Below, in pieces: positions 26,864 to 36,571 of a stretch of 64,000 nt of DNA. Source of the stretch: an uncultured SAR86 cluster bacterium (GTDB taxonomy: Bacteria > Pseudomonadota > Gammaproteobacteria > Magnimaribacterales > TMED112); contig CACIDC010000002.1 in the NCBI GenBank assembly GCA_902585315.1, forward strand, positions 37,789-101,788, written 5' to 3'. The position numbers and the translations under genes were made by a program. The stretch's first letter is position 1; each line of letters starts with the position of its first letter. The notes under the pieces are model-generated. The model had not been told where the DNA came from. It ran no database searches and saw nothing but the letters and a program-made list of their open reading frames with translations.

Positions 26864-27753
26864 ATATAAGAGTAATTTTATTGTTTTTCATTGTATCGGC
26901 AGCAACAGCTTCAACAAAACTGTTTGTATTGGGAACAGGAACTCCTAATCCTAATCCCGAAAGAATGGGATCATCATACTTGGTTCTAGCAAATGATGAG
27001 CCTTATCTTTTCGATTTTGGAACTGGAGTAATAAGAAGAATAGCCGCATTTTCTCCAAGTTGGGGAGGGGATTATAAAGCACTGGAAGTTGAAAATATAA
27101 AACATGCTTTTTTAACTCATATCCATTCAGATCATACTCTTGGATTAGCTGACTTAATAATTACGCCTTGGATTATGGGTAGATCAGACCCTTTAAAAAT
27201 TTATGGTCCTAAAGGTGCTAAAAATATGCATACCAATATAATTGAAGCATACCAACCAGACATTGATTATCGAATCTATGGTACACAGCCGCAAAATAAT
27301 ACTGGATACAATGTAATTTTTACTGAATTGAAAGATAGATTTATTTTTGAAGACAAAAATATAAAAATTACCGCTTTCTTAAATGACCATGGAGATCTTC
27401 AAGAATCATATGGATTCTTTATTGAGACAGCTGATAAAAAAATTCTCATCTCTGGTGATACGGCCAAATCAAAAAATTTAATCTCTTATGGAAAAGATTT
27501 GGATTATTTGATTCATGAAATTTATTCTCAAAAAGGCTTCAATAATAAAACTCCAGACTGGCAAAAATATCATAAAGCCCATCATACTGGGCCAAAAGAT
27601 GTAGCCGAAATTGCGAATTTATTAAAACCTAAAAATTTAATACTCTCACATATTTTATTTTGGGGGAGCTCAGAGCAAGAAATATTAGATGAGGTTAAAA
27701 CTTTTTACTCTGGTACAGTAATTGTTGCAGAGGATGGAATGGTCTTTGATTAA
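26860..27753 (+). CDS. exported metallo-beta-lactamase-fold hydrolase (RNase Z/ElaC-like subgroup)
   Basis: 297 aa with signal peptide MNIRVILLFFIVSAATAS. Also VLGTGTPNP...LFDFGTG and the HxHxDH motif THIHSDHTLG. Confidence 0.8.
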   Translation: MNIRVILLFFIVSAATASTKLFVLGTGTPNPNPERMGSSYLVLANDEPYLFDFGTGVIRRIAAFSPSWGGDYKALEVENIKHAFLTHIHSDHTLGLADLIITPWIMGRSDPLKIYGPKGAKNMHTNIIEAYQPDIDYRIYGTQPQNNTGYNVIFTELKDRFIFEDKNIKITAFLNDHGDLQESYGFFIETADKKILISGDTAKSKNLISYGKDLDYLIHEIYSQKGFNNKTPDWQKYHKAHHTGPKDVAEIANLLKPKNLILSHILFWGSSEQEILDEVKTFYSGTVIVAEDGMVFD

Positions 27754-27755
27754 AC

Positions 27756-29192
27756 CTAAGAAAGTTTCTTCTTTAATAATTCATTAACTAAGCCGGGATT
27801 AGCTTTCCCTTGTGTGGCTTTCATAACTTGCCCAACAAAAAAACCAAATAACTTATCTTTACCAGACCTATAGGCATTCACTTGGTTATTATTCTCATTA
27901 AGAATGGTTTCAATTATATTTTCTAACTCCCCTTCATCTGAAATTTGCTGCATACCTTTGCTATCTATCACCTCAGACACTTTAGTTCCTGTTGCCCATA
28001 TTTCTTCAAGAACTTCTTTAGCTATTTTGCCTGAGATTGTGTTGTCAGTGATCTTTTGAATAAGTTCAGAAAAGTTCGTTGCATCAATTTTACTTTCATC
28101 AAGACTAATATCATGTTTGTTCAACAGTGCATTAAGTTCACCAATAATCCATTTTGCAGCAAGCTGAATATCTGCATCTTTGACAACTTCTTCAAAAAAG
28201 TTTGCTATTTTTTTATCAGCGCAAATAACTCCAGCATCATATTCATTCAAATTATAAATACTCATGAATCTTTGTTGTTTTTCCTCTGGTAATTCATCCA
28301 TATCTTTTCTGACACTCTCAATAAATTCTTTTGATATATTGGTTGGCACTAAATCTGGACATGGAAAATATCTGTAATCATTAGCAAATTCTTTTGTTCT
28401 CATTGATCTTGTTTCATCTTTTATGGAGTCATAAAGACGAGTTTCTTGCTCAACAGCTTCGTTAGCCTCTAAAATTTTAATTTGCCTTCTGATTTCAAAA
28501 TTAATAGCTTTTTCAACAAATTTGAACGAATTGATATTTTTAATTTCAGCTCGTACGCCAAACTCTTTATCCTCTGGTTTCATAATAGAAACATTTGCAT
28601 CACATCTCATTGAGCCTTGGGACATATTTCCATCCGATATATCAAGATAGGTAATTATTTGGTGTATTTTTTTTAGATAATCAACAGCTTCAGAAGCTGA
28701 TCTAATGTCTGGTTCAGAAACAATTTCTAACAGAGGAACCCCTGATCTATTCAAATCAATTACTGATTTATCATCATATTTGTCATGAATTGATTTGCCT
28801 GCATCTTCTTCTAGGTGAGCTTGATGTATTCTTATTTTTTTACCGTTTACTTCAACAACTCCATCTCGAACAATTGGATAATGTAATTGTGTAATTTGGT
28901 AGCCTTTCGGTAGATCTGGGTAAAAATAATTTTTTCTATCAAAAATCATTGTTTCTGCAATCTTCGCATTCGTAGCTAAACCAAATTTGATGCCTTGTTT
29001 CATTGCTCCTTCATTCAAAACAGGCAAAACACCTGGCAGACCAAGATCAATTAAATCTACTAGAGTATTAGCATCTTCTCCAAATTGGTTTTTTGCAGGT
29101 GAAAATAGTTTTGTGTTGGTCATCAACTGAACATGTACTTCTAATCCAATAACAGGCTGCCAACCTTTAATTAAGGTGTCATTTTGTGCCAA
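27756..29192 (-). CDS. gatB: Asp-tRNA(Asn)/Glu-tRNA(Gln) amidotransferase subunit B
   Basis: 478 aa with GLEVHVQL, RCDANVS and a C-terminal YqeY-like tail (LFGFFVGQVMKATQGKANPGLVNELL). Confidence 0.96.
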   Translation of the reverse strand: MAQNDTLIKGWQPVIGLEVHVQLMTNTKLFSPAKNQFGEDANTLVDLIDLGLPGVLPVLNEGAMKQGIKFGLATNAKIAETMIFDRKNYFYPDLPKGYQITQLHYPIVRDGVVEVNGKKIRIHQAHLEEDAGKSIHDKYDDKSVIDLNRSGVPLLEIVSEPDIRSASEAVDYLKKIHQIITYLDISDGNMSQGSMRCDANVSIMKPEDKEFGVRAEIKNINSFKFVEKAINFEIRRQIKILEANEAVEQETRLYDSIKDETRSMRTKEFANDYRYFPCPDLVPTNISKEFIESVRKDMDELPEEKQQRFMSIYNLNEYDAGVICADKKIANFFEEVVKDADIQLAAKWIIGELNALLNKHDISLDESKIDATNFSELIQKITDNTISGKIAKEVLEEIWATGTKVSEVIDSKGMQQISDEGELENIIETILNENNNQVNAYRSGKDKLFGFFVGQVMKATQGKANPGLVNELLKKKLS

Positions 29193-30598
29193 TCTGTCAC
29201 CTCCTGTATTTTGTTGGTTGTGTTTAAAAGTAAATCTTCACCAAAATATTTCCCTATTAATTGACCTCCTATTGGTAAATTATTCTTAAAACCATTAGGA
29301 AATGAAATTGCAGGCAATCCTGCTAAATTTGCGGGTATAGTAAGAAGATCTTCTTTATACATTCTATTTGGATCATCTGATTTTCTATTTTTTTCAAAGG
29401 CTTGATCCAAAGTGGTAGGCATAAAAATTAAATCAACATGTTTAAAAAAGTCCTCAAATTTTACTTTTATCATTCTTCTAACTTTTTGAGCTTGTAAGTA
29501 ATATGCATCATAAAAACCAGCTGAAAGAACATGAGTCCCGATCAGGATCCTTTTTTTAACTTCATCACCGAAGCCATCAGATCTTGTATTCATATATAAA
29601 TTTGCAATATCTTTTTCACCTTCAGATCTATAACCATATTTCACTCCATCAAACCTAGATAAATTTGAAGAGCATTCTGCTGGAGCTATTACATAATACG
29701 AACAAATTCCAGATGATAATTCAGAAAAATCAACTTCAATCAACTTGTGTCCCAAACCAGTTAGTACTGTCTTTGAAGTTTCGTAGGCATTAATAACGTC
29801 TTCACTAATTCCTAGTTTCTCAATATTTTTAATAACGCCAATATTTAATGATCCAAAATCTTTTGATAAAGATTTTTCAAAATTTATATTATCTCTTTTT
29901 GTGCTCGTTGAGTCTTTTTCATCGTAACTAGCCATTGCATCTAGTAGAGCAGCACATCCAAAAGCATCCTTAGAGAAAGGGCCAGCTTGATCCATACTTG
30001 AACAAAATGCAATCATACCCCACCTTGAAACTAGTCCATAGGTAGGCTTTAGACCAGTAATACCGCATAAAGCAGCAGGTTGTCTTATTGATCCACCAGT
30101 ATCTGTGCCGGTTGAGATAGTTGTTAAATTTGCTGAGACACATGCTGCTGCTCCTCCAGAGCTGCCTCCTGGTACCAAATTATGATTCCACGGATTTGAA
30201 ACAGCACCAAAATAACTTGTTTCGTTTGAAGAACCCATCGCAAACTCATCCATATTTGTTTTAGCTACCATTATTGATCCAGCATCAAAACAGTTCTTAA
30301 CAACCGTTGCGTCATAAGGAGCTATAAAATTTTCAAGCATCTTAGAACCACATGTAGTTGGTAAACCCTCAGTACAGAAAATGTCTTTGTGTGCTATCGG
30401 GACACCAGATAATGGCTTATCTTTAAAATCATCAAAGTTATTATCAATATACTCAGCATTGCTTAAGGCTTGTTTTTCAAAATTGTTTATGAAGATATTC
30501 AATTTATCGTCTTTAATTTTTTCTAACGAACTTTCCACAGCCTCCTTAGCTGATACCTTTTTCGCTCTAAATTTGCCTCTTAGCTCTTTAAAATTCAT
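29171..30598 (-). CDS. gatA: Asp-tRNA(Asn)/Glu-tRNA(Gln) amidotransferase subunit A
   Basis: 475 aa with the amidase signature GGSSGGAAACV...GTDTGGSIRQPA. Confidence 0.96.
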   Translation of the reverse strand: MNFKELRGKFRAKKVSAKEAVESSLEKIKDDKLNIFINNFEKQALSNAEYIDNNFDDFKDKPLSGVPIAHKDIFCTEGLPTTCGSKMLENFIAPYDATVVKNCFDAGSIMVAKTNMDEFAMGSSNETSYFGAVSNPWNHNLVPGGSSGGAAACVSANLTTISTGTDTGGSIRQPAALCGITGLKPTYGLVSRWGMIAFCSSMDQAGPFSKDAFGCAALLDAMASYDEKDSTSTKRDNINFEKSLSKDFGSLNIGVIKNIEKLGISEDVINAYETSKTVLTGLGHKLIEVDFSELSSGICSYYVIAPAECSSNLSRFDGVKYGYRSEGEKDIANLYMNTRSDGFGDEVKKRILIGTHVLSAGFYDAYYLQAQKVRRMIKVKFEDFFKHVDLIFMPTTLDQAFEKNRKSDDPNRMYKEDLLTIPANLAGLPAISFPNGFKNNLPIGGQLIGKYFGEDLLLNTTNKIQEVTDWHKMTP

Positions 30599-30876
30599 TC
30601 AATAATTTTTGGTACATTGAAATAGTCTTCATCAGCCTCTGGTGAATTATCTAAAAACTTTTTCTTTTCGTTACGATCTTTATCTTTATCTTCTCTTGAA
30701 ACATTACTCAACTCTAAAGGATTATTTAACGGCTCTAAATCTGACAAATCTAAATCTTGCATTTCGTCTATTAAACCAAAAGTATTTTTTAGTTTTTCAA
30801 TAATTTCAGGGTATTCTTCTTCTTTTGCATTAATTCGTGCAAGAAATAAAAGATTTTTTAACTCGATTTTATCCAT
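30595..30876 (-). CDS. gatC: Asp-tRNA(Asn)/Glu-tRNA(Gln) amidotransferase subunit C
   Basis: 93 aa. Position upstream of gatA, and a GatC-like sequence LARINAKEEEYPEIIEKLKNTFGLIDEM. Confidence 0.88.
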   Translation of the reverse strand: MDKIELKNLLFLARINAKEEEYPEIIEKLKNTFGLIDEMQDLDLSDLEPLNNPLELSNVSREDKDKDRNEKKKFLDNSPEADEDYFNVPKIIE

Positions 30877-30925
30877 TAAAAGCCTTATTCTATAAGATTC
30901 TGAATATTATAGAGATATATTAAGA

Positions 30926-31966
30926 ATGTTTAAGTTTTTACGTGGTATTTTTTCAAATGACATATCCATTGATTTGGGTACTGCAAATACATTAATTTAC
31001 ACCAAAGAAGATGGTGTTGTTCTAGATGAGCCATCAGTTGTTGCTATACAAGAACGTAATGGTCAAAAAACTGTGGTTGCGGTCGGCCATGATGCAAAGA
31101 AAATGTTGGGAAGAACTCCAGGAAAAATGGAGGCAATAAGACCTCTGAGAGATGGGGTAATTGCTGATTTTAATGTTACAGAAAAAATGTTGCAGCATTT
31201 CATAAAAAAGGTATCAAATAACTCGATACTATCTCCAAGTCCTAGAGTGCTTGTTTGTGTTCCTTCAAAGGCAACTCAAGTTGAGAAAAGAGCCATACGT
31301 GAATCAGCACTGTCAGCTGGAGCTAGTGTAGTAAAACTAATAGAAGAACCAATTGCAGCTGCTTTGGGTGCAGGAGTTGCTATAGATAAGCCTAGAGGAA
31401 GTATGGTAATAGATATTGGTGGTGGCACATCAGAAATCGCCATTCTATCTTTGAATGGAATAGTTTATTCTGAGTCTCTGAAGGTGGGAGGCGATAAATT
31501 TGATGAGGCCATTCAAACTTATGTTAGAAGAAAATTTGGTGTTGTTATAGGTGAATCCACTGCTGAATTAATTAAGTTGCAAGTTGGTTGTGCAACTTTA
31601 AATTGCAAAAAAGAATTTGAGCCATACGAATTTAGAGGAAGAAATCTTGCCGAGGGAATACCAGAGCTTGTTATTTTTCAAAAAGAAGACGGATTTAAAG
31701 CATTAGAAAACCAAACATCAGCAATAGTAAGATCAGTAAGAACTGCTCTTGAATTATCACCTCCTGAATTAGCTGCAGATATATCGCAAGATGGAATAGT
31801 GATTACAGGTGGAGGAGCACTACTTCATTGTCTTGATACACTTATTGAGCAAGCTACTGGGATTCCTGCTAGGATTGCTGATGACCCACTAACCTGTGTA
31901 GCCAGAGGTGGCGGTATTGCTCTTGGCCTTATGGATAAAGATTTCGATTTATTTGCCGAAGAGTAA
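30926..31966 (+). CDS. mreB: rod-shape-determining actin homolog MreB
   Basis: 346 aa with [17 protein letters not shown] and [10 protein letters not shown]. Divergent from gatCAB, as in Pseudomonas. Confidence 0.97.
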   Translation: MFKFLRGIFSNDISIDLGTANTLIYTKEDGVVLDEPSVVAIQERNGQKTVVAVGHDAKKMLGRTPGKMEAIRPLRDGVIADFNVTEKMLQHFIKKVSNNSILSPSPRVLVCVPSKATQVEKRAIRESALSAGASVVKLIEEPIAAALGAGVAIDKPRGSMVIDIGGGTSEIAILSLNGIVYSESLKVGGDKFDEAIQTYVRRKFGVVIGESTAELIKLQVGCATLNCKKEFEPYEFRGRNLAEGIPELVIFQKEDGFKALENQTSAIVRSVRTALELSPPELAADISQDGIVITGGGALLHCLDTLIEQATGIPARIADDPLTCVARGGGIALGLMDKDFDLFAEE

Positions 31967-32763
31967 TGGCTAAAGAAATTCTTCCATTTCAGAAGAAATT
32001 AAGTCTTACGTTTTTTTCATTTATTTTTGTAGTTTTATTAGTTTACTTATCGCAAAACTTTGCGCTAAACGAAAAGTCACAGAGGTTTTTAATTAAGACT
32101 TTAAATGTTCCTGGACAATTTATATCCAGATTCTTAAATGAATATCAAGAATTTGAGAATCAAAAAATAGCCCAACTTGAAGAAGAAATCCTTAATTTGC
32201 GAAATCAAATATATGAAAATGAACTTGAATTAAAATCATTAGAAAATTCACGACCCTATAACAACCTTGATATAAGTTTAAGAGGAAGTTCCGAAACCTT
32301 TATCAATTCATTCGATCAGATAAATTTTACATGCTGCAATAAACATAGAGTTTATATTAATAATCCAAATAATTTAGAAAATGGTATCTATGCAATTTCT
32401 CAGGGTAACTTTGCCTTAGGGAAAACAAAGAATATTTCAAAGCGTGAAATGGAAGTCAGACTATTAAGTGATCCAGATGAGTATATTTCAATTAAAAATA
32501 TGACAGGGTTTTTTTGTATAGCTAAAGGAACTGGGAAAGCGAGGCTTATAAGCTGCTTAAACGAATCAAAAGCAGAGAGATACCAATTAGGTGATACCTT
32601 TTTTACTACTGGCTTTGATGGTATTTATCCTCCTGATTTAATTGTTGGAAGAATAGTAAATATATCAGCTAATCAATCGAATATATTTCAACACAATATA
32701 GAAATAGAACTTTTTTTTGATCCATATCAATCAATTAATAAAAAGGTAAATATCCATGAATGA
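31966..32763 (+). CDS. mreC: rod-shape-determining protein MreC
   Basis: 265 aa with an N-terminal TM helix, a coiled coil (EEEILNLRNQIYENELELKSLE) and TTGFDGIYPPDLIVGRI. Follows mreB. Confidence 0.85.
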   Translation: MAKEILPFQKKLSLTFFSFIFVVLLVYLSQNFALNEKSQRFLIKTLNVPGQFISRFLNEYQEFENQKIAQLEEEILNLRNQIYENELELKSLENSRPYNNLDISLRGSSETFINSFDQINFTCCNKHRVYINNPNNLENGIYAISQGNFALGKTKNISKREMEVRLLSDPDEYISIKNMTGFFCIAKGTGKARLISCLNESKAERYQLGDTFFTTGFDGIYPPDLIVGRIVNISANQSNIFQHNIEIELFFDPYQSINKKVNIHE

Positions 32764-33214
32764 AGTTATTCGATATTCAAGTTTTGTTTGTTTGATAATT
32801 CTCAATCAAATTTTGTTAGCAACAAATTTGTGGCCTATATCTCCAGATTTATTTTTGGTTCATACACTTATTTACACCACATTTGTAAATAAAATTCCAA
32901 ATATTTATCTATTTATATTTATGGGTTTCTTGATTGATCTTTTTTTTAGCAATACTTCCGTTCCATATACAATAACTTATTTTCTTGTGGGGTTGTATCT
33001 AAATTTTTCGAGTTTAAAGTGGATTCAAAGATCACTTTTGGAACAATTAATTTTAATAATTTCAATTAGTTTTTGTTTAAACATTCTTCTTTTTTACGTA
33101 AATGATTTTTCTGATGAAATGAGTAAAAGGATATTTATAAATCCATTTTTAAATTCAATGATTTGGGTTTTAATTTTTATAAATCAAAGGCATAAATGGT
33201 TAAAAAATATCTAA
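32756..33214 (+). CDS. mreD: rod-shape-determining protein MreD
   Basis: 152-aa polytopic membrane protein directly after mreC. Confidence 0.75.
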   Translation: MNEVIRYSSFVCLIILNQILLATNLWPISPDLFLVHTLIYTTFVNKIPNIYLFIFMGFLIDLFFSNTSVPYTITYFLVGLYLNFSSLKWIQRSLLEQLILIISISFCLNILLFYVNDFSDEMSKRIFINPFLNSMIWVLIFINQRHKWLKNI

Positions 33215-35214
33215 TTTGGCCTATAAGGTTTTTTCTATACCTTTTAGCTATTTTCATTTCAAACTTTTATATTTTTTGTCTATTTATCTCTACTGATTAT
33301 GGTTCTAAGTTTATAACTAATTATTTGTTTGAAGATAATATTAAATATCAAGATATATCAATAGAACCAAGTTTACTTGGTATGCAGGTAGATATAGGAA
33401 ATTTTCAATATACAGGAGCAGCTGATTTTTCTGGAGAGGAAATAAAATTAAAAATTAATTTTCTTAACTCTGTTGTTGGAAAAAAAATTCATGTTTCTAT
33501 GTTTTCGTTAAAAAATGCAGAAGTAAAACTAAATGAGGCTGAGCAAAGCGACCAAATTGATCAAACTGAAGTTTTTATTGATCAATTATCAATAAATAAT
33601 TTAAAAGTGGGGAATACTGTTTTCCAAGAATTAAGTTTATCTAACTTTTTAACTTTCAGAGATTCATTCGGTTTTAATTTCAAGAATTTAAATTTAGAGC
33701 TTCCTGGTAACCTTAATGTCATTAAAGGCTTAGACGGCAAGGGTTATTTTTATGATGGGAAATTATTTGCCGATCTTAATACAAAAGAGGGAGCATTATA
33801 TTTTAGTTTTTTTGAAACTCCCCAGATACTTGAAAATCTGACTGGTGAAATCTATCTTGATTTTAATAATAAATTTAAAATTCCTTACTCAAACTTCTCA
33901 GCACAAGATAATGAGAAAGATTTAAAATTAACGTTTAAGTATGAGGAAGAATTTCAATTACAAATGTCTTCCAGAGGAAGTGAAAAAACATTTCTGAGTT
34001 ACTTACCCAAATCTCAAAGAAACGTAAAAAAGTTTTTTCAAGAATCTAGCTTTAAAGCAAAACAATTAGATATTTTATTCTCGATTTCCTCATTCAATGA
34101 GAAGTTAAATTTCTCTTCAGTTTTAGTATCTGATGAAAATCGAATTGATATTGGGGGAACTGAGTTTAAAGTTAATTCTCTAAAAACTTACATAGATAAT
34201 ACTTCAATCAATCTATTTGGTGATGAATTCCATATTTCTGACTATTCTTTTGGCAACTTGTATTTAGTAAACAATTTTATATTTGAAAATAAATATGAAC
34301 TCTTATTAGACGACAGAAGAATTTCACTTAAATTTGATAATGAAGGTGAATTTGAAAGTATATACGGAGATTTCTCATTAACGGAAAATCAAGACATTAA
34401 GCTAAATTTGAATGATAAGAATTTGCTTTTAAATTACAAGGATATTTTTATTGAATTCAATTTTCTAGATTCATATAAATTTCAAAACAATATTCTGACA
34501 ATTTTCCCAAAAAACTTAAAATCAAATTTTTTTGGTTTTGATGAAAATGAACTAAATTCATTTGATTTTGATTTTGAAAATTTTGCATTGAAGAATATCA
34601 ACTCTCAATTTTCAATAAAGAGTCAAGATGAAAATCCACTAAGAAATTCGAGCCTCAGTTTCAGTGAATTAAATTTTGGTTTTAAAAACAGTTATATCAA
34701 TATTGGGAATGAAAATTTAGACTTTGGTGGTCTAATAGACATTTCAGGAGAGAATATTTCATATTCTGATACAACATTCACGATTGACGCTCTAAGGGTT
34801 TTATCTTTAATTGACATAAGATCAAGGTTACTTAATATTTTGAATGCTGATTTTAATAAACTTAATCAAAATAATTTTTTCATAAATACGTTAGATGGAA
34901 AAATTTTTGTTGATAGTTCTGGTTATGCAAATATTAATCAACTAAATATGAATTTTGATGTAGGAAATGCAGAACTTTCAGGAACTATTTCATCTAATAA
35001 AGATTCTTTTGATGATTTTAATTTGGAAATGATTTTTAACTCGACTGTGTCAGAAAGCATTCCTTGGTACGTTGCTATTCTTGGAGGATTGCCTGCAGCA
35101 GCGAGTGCCGTGGTTGTAACAGAAGTACTTGAAGAAGGATTGAGTGACGTTACAAGCTCAAAATATTCAATATCTGGAAATGTGGACAATCTCAATATTC
35201 AAGTTATGCAATAA
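33196..35214 (+). CDS. yhdP: YhdP/AsmA-like envelope protein, roughly half the E. coli YhdP length
   Basis: 672 aa with an N-terminal TM anchor. The C-terminus ALRVLSLIDIRSRLLNILNADF...NFFINTLDGKIFVDSSG...YSISGNVDNLNIQV parallels the E. coli YhdP tail LLRLLSVDALMRKLRFDF...GFYFDSIRSTAWIKDGV...YHISGPLDDPQINEV. Its position after mreBCD is conserved. Confidence 0.7.
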   Translation: MVKKYLIWPIRFFLYLLAIFISNFYIFCLFISTDYGSKFITNYLFEDNIKYQDISIEPSLLGMQVDIGNFQYTGAADFSGEEIKLKINFLNSVVGKKIHVSMFSLKNAEVKLNEAEQSDQIDQTEVFIDQLSINNLKVGNTVFQELSLSNFLTFRDSFGFNFKNLNLELPGNLNVIKGLDGKGYFYDGKLFADLNTKEGALYFSFFETPQILENLTGEIYLDFNNKFKIPYSNFSAQDNEKDLKLTFKYEEEFQLQMSSRGSEKTFLSYLPKSQRNVKKFFQESSFKAKQLDILFSISSFNEKLNFSSVLVSDENRIDIGGTEFKVNSLKTYIDNTSINLFGDEFHISDYSFGNLYLVNNFIFENKYELLLDDRRISLKFDNEGEFESIYGDFSLTENQDIKLNLNDKNLLLNYKDIFIEFNFLDSYKFQNNILTIFPKNLKSNFFGFDENELNSFDFDFENFALKNINSQFSIKSQDENPLRNSSLSFSELNFGFKNSYINIGNENLDFGGLIDISGENISYSDTTFTIDALRVLSLIDIRSRLLNILNADFNKLNQNNFFINTLDGKIFVDSSGYANINQLNMNFDVGNAELSGTISSNKDSFDDFNLEMIFNSTVSESIPWYVAILGGLPAAASAVVVTEVLEEGLSDVTSSKYSISGNVDNLNIQVMQ

Positions 35215-36547
35215 GAAAGCTCACAATTCCTAGAAAACTTACAAAACCAATAATATCTGTGAATGTTGTGATAACAACACCTCCTGCTATTGCTGGATCA
35301 TAACCAAATCTTCTTAGGAAGTGCGGGAACACAAATCCAAAAATAGCTGCTGCTAGTAAATTAAAAATCATTGCTAATGCAATTGCTAATGAAAGTGCGG
35401 TGTCAGCAAACCAGTATGATGTTATGCCATATATTAAGACTGAAAAAACAGAGCAATTTGCGAGAGCAACTATAAATTCTCTACGGAATAAATATCTGAA
35501 GTTTTTATGGTTTAATTGTCTCATTGCTTCTGCTCTAATATAGATACCAAGTGTTTGTGTAGCAGCAATACCCCCCATACTTGCAACTATTGGCATTAAA
35601 ATCGCTGCATATACTACTTTTTGAATTACATCCTCAAAGAGACTAATTGAAGCTGCCGCAATAACTGCTGTAAGTAAATTAACCGATAGCCATAAAATTC
35701 TATTTTTTATAGATTTTTTTGGAGAGGCAAAAATATCCTCTTCAATTTGAGCAAATCCAATAAAATCTTGTTCAACTTCATCTACCGCAACTTCAATAAT
35801 GTCATCAACAGTAATTCTCCCTAAAAGATGATTCTTATCATCAACAACTGGTGCTGAAAAAAGGTCTTTTGTTTTGAATTCATTGTATACGTCTATTTGA
35901 TCAATTTTTATATTCAGGGGCTGAAACTCTGTATCCATTACTTCTCTAACTGTAAGATTTGGATCTGAGGTTAAGATTTTAGTAATTGGGAGTATCCCTA
36001 AATATTCATCATTTTTACTGACAACATATATATCATCAGTATTTTGTGGTAGTTCTTTAAGAAACCTTAAATAACGCATTACTAATTCAATAGAATTCTC
36101 AGCACGAACTGTAATCACATCAGTATTCATTAAACCACCAGCAGACTCTTCAGGATAATCAAGAATCTTTTCAACTCTGCCCCTGTCACGAGAATTCATT
36201 AAAGACAAAACCTCATTCGTCATTTTTTCAGGTAGGGTTTGTAAAATATCGGCTAAATCATCAACTTCAAGATCGCTAATAGCAGCTGAAATTTCTTCAG
36301 GATTCATGCCTTCAAGCAAATCTTCTCTGAGGTTTTCATCGAGCTCACCCAAAACTTCACCTTCTGTATCAAGTTGTATTAAGTCCCAAATAATTTTTCT
36401 TTCATGAGGGGGCGATGATTCAATAACATAAGCTAATTCACTTGGGGTCATTTCATTTAAAATTCGTCCAAGTTTTGTCTTAAATTCAGGATTTGAGAAG
36501 GTTTCTTGTATAAGCTCAAACCTTTTATCTAAATTTTCATTAGCCAT
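35204..36547 (-). CDS. mgtE: magnesium transporter MgtE
   Basis: 447 aa with an MgtE N-domain, a CBS pair and a five-TM C-terminal domain (GGIAATQTLG..., TDIIGFVSFLG). Confidence 0.93.
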   Translation of the reverse strand: MANENLDKRFELIQETFSNPEFKTKLGRILNEMTPSELAYVIESSPPHERKIIWDLIQLDTEGEVLGELDENLREDLLEGMNPEEISAAISDLEVDDLADILQTLPEKMTNEVLSLMNSRDRGRVEKILDYPEESAGGLMNTDVITVRAENSIELVMRYLRFLKELPQNTDDIYVVSKNDEYLGILPITKILTSDPNLTVREVMDTEFQPLNIKIDQIDVYNEFKTKDLFSAPVVDDKNHLLGRITVDDIIEVAVDEVEQDFIGFAQIEEDIFASPKKSIKNRILWLSVNLLTAVIAAASISLFEDVIQKVVYAAILMPIVASMGGIAATQTLGIYIRAEAMRQLNHKNFRYLFRREFIVALANCSVFSVLIYGITSYWFADTALSLAIALAMIFNLLAAAIFGFVFPHFLRRFGYDPAIAGGVVITTFTDIIGFVSFLGIVSFLIA

Positions 36548-36571
36548 TGGGCTATTCTACAAGAAAAACTT

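Noticed and set aside
27756-27790. The small palindrome AAGAAAGTTTCTT at the MBL/gatB junction as a bidirectional terminator.
   Set aside because: It is an AT-only 6-bp stem with a 1-nt loop inside the gatB coding sequence, which is too weak to call.
34540-34600. Short tandem repeats (gattttgattttgaaaatttt) that might suggest a repeat array.
   Set aside because: They are in frame within the yhdP-like CDS, encoding FDFDFENF. They have only 2-3 units and no spacer structure, so this is not CRISPR-like.
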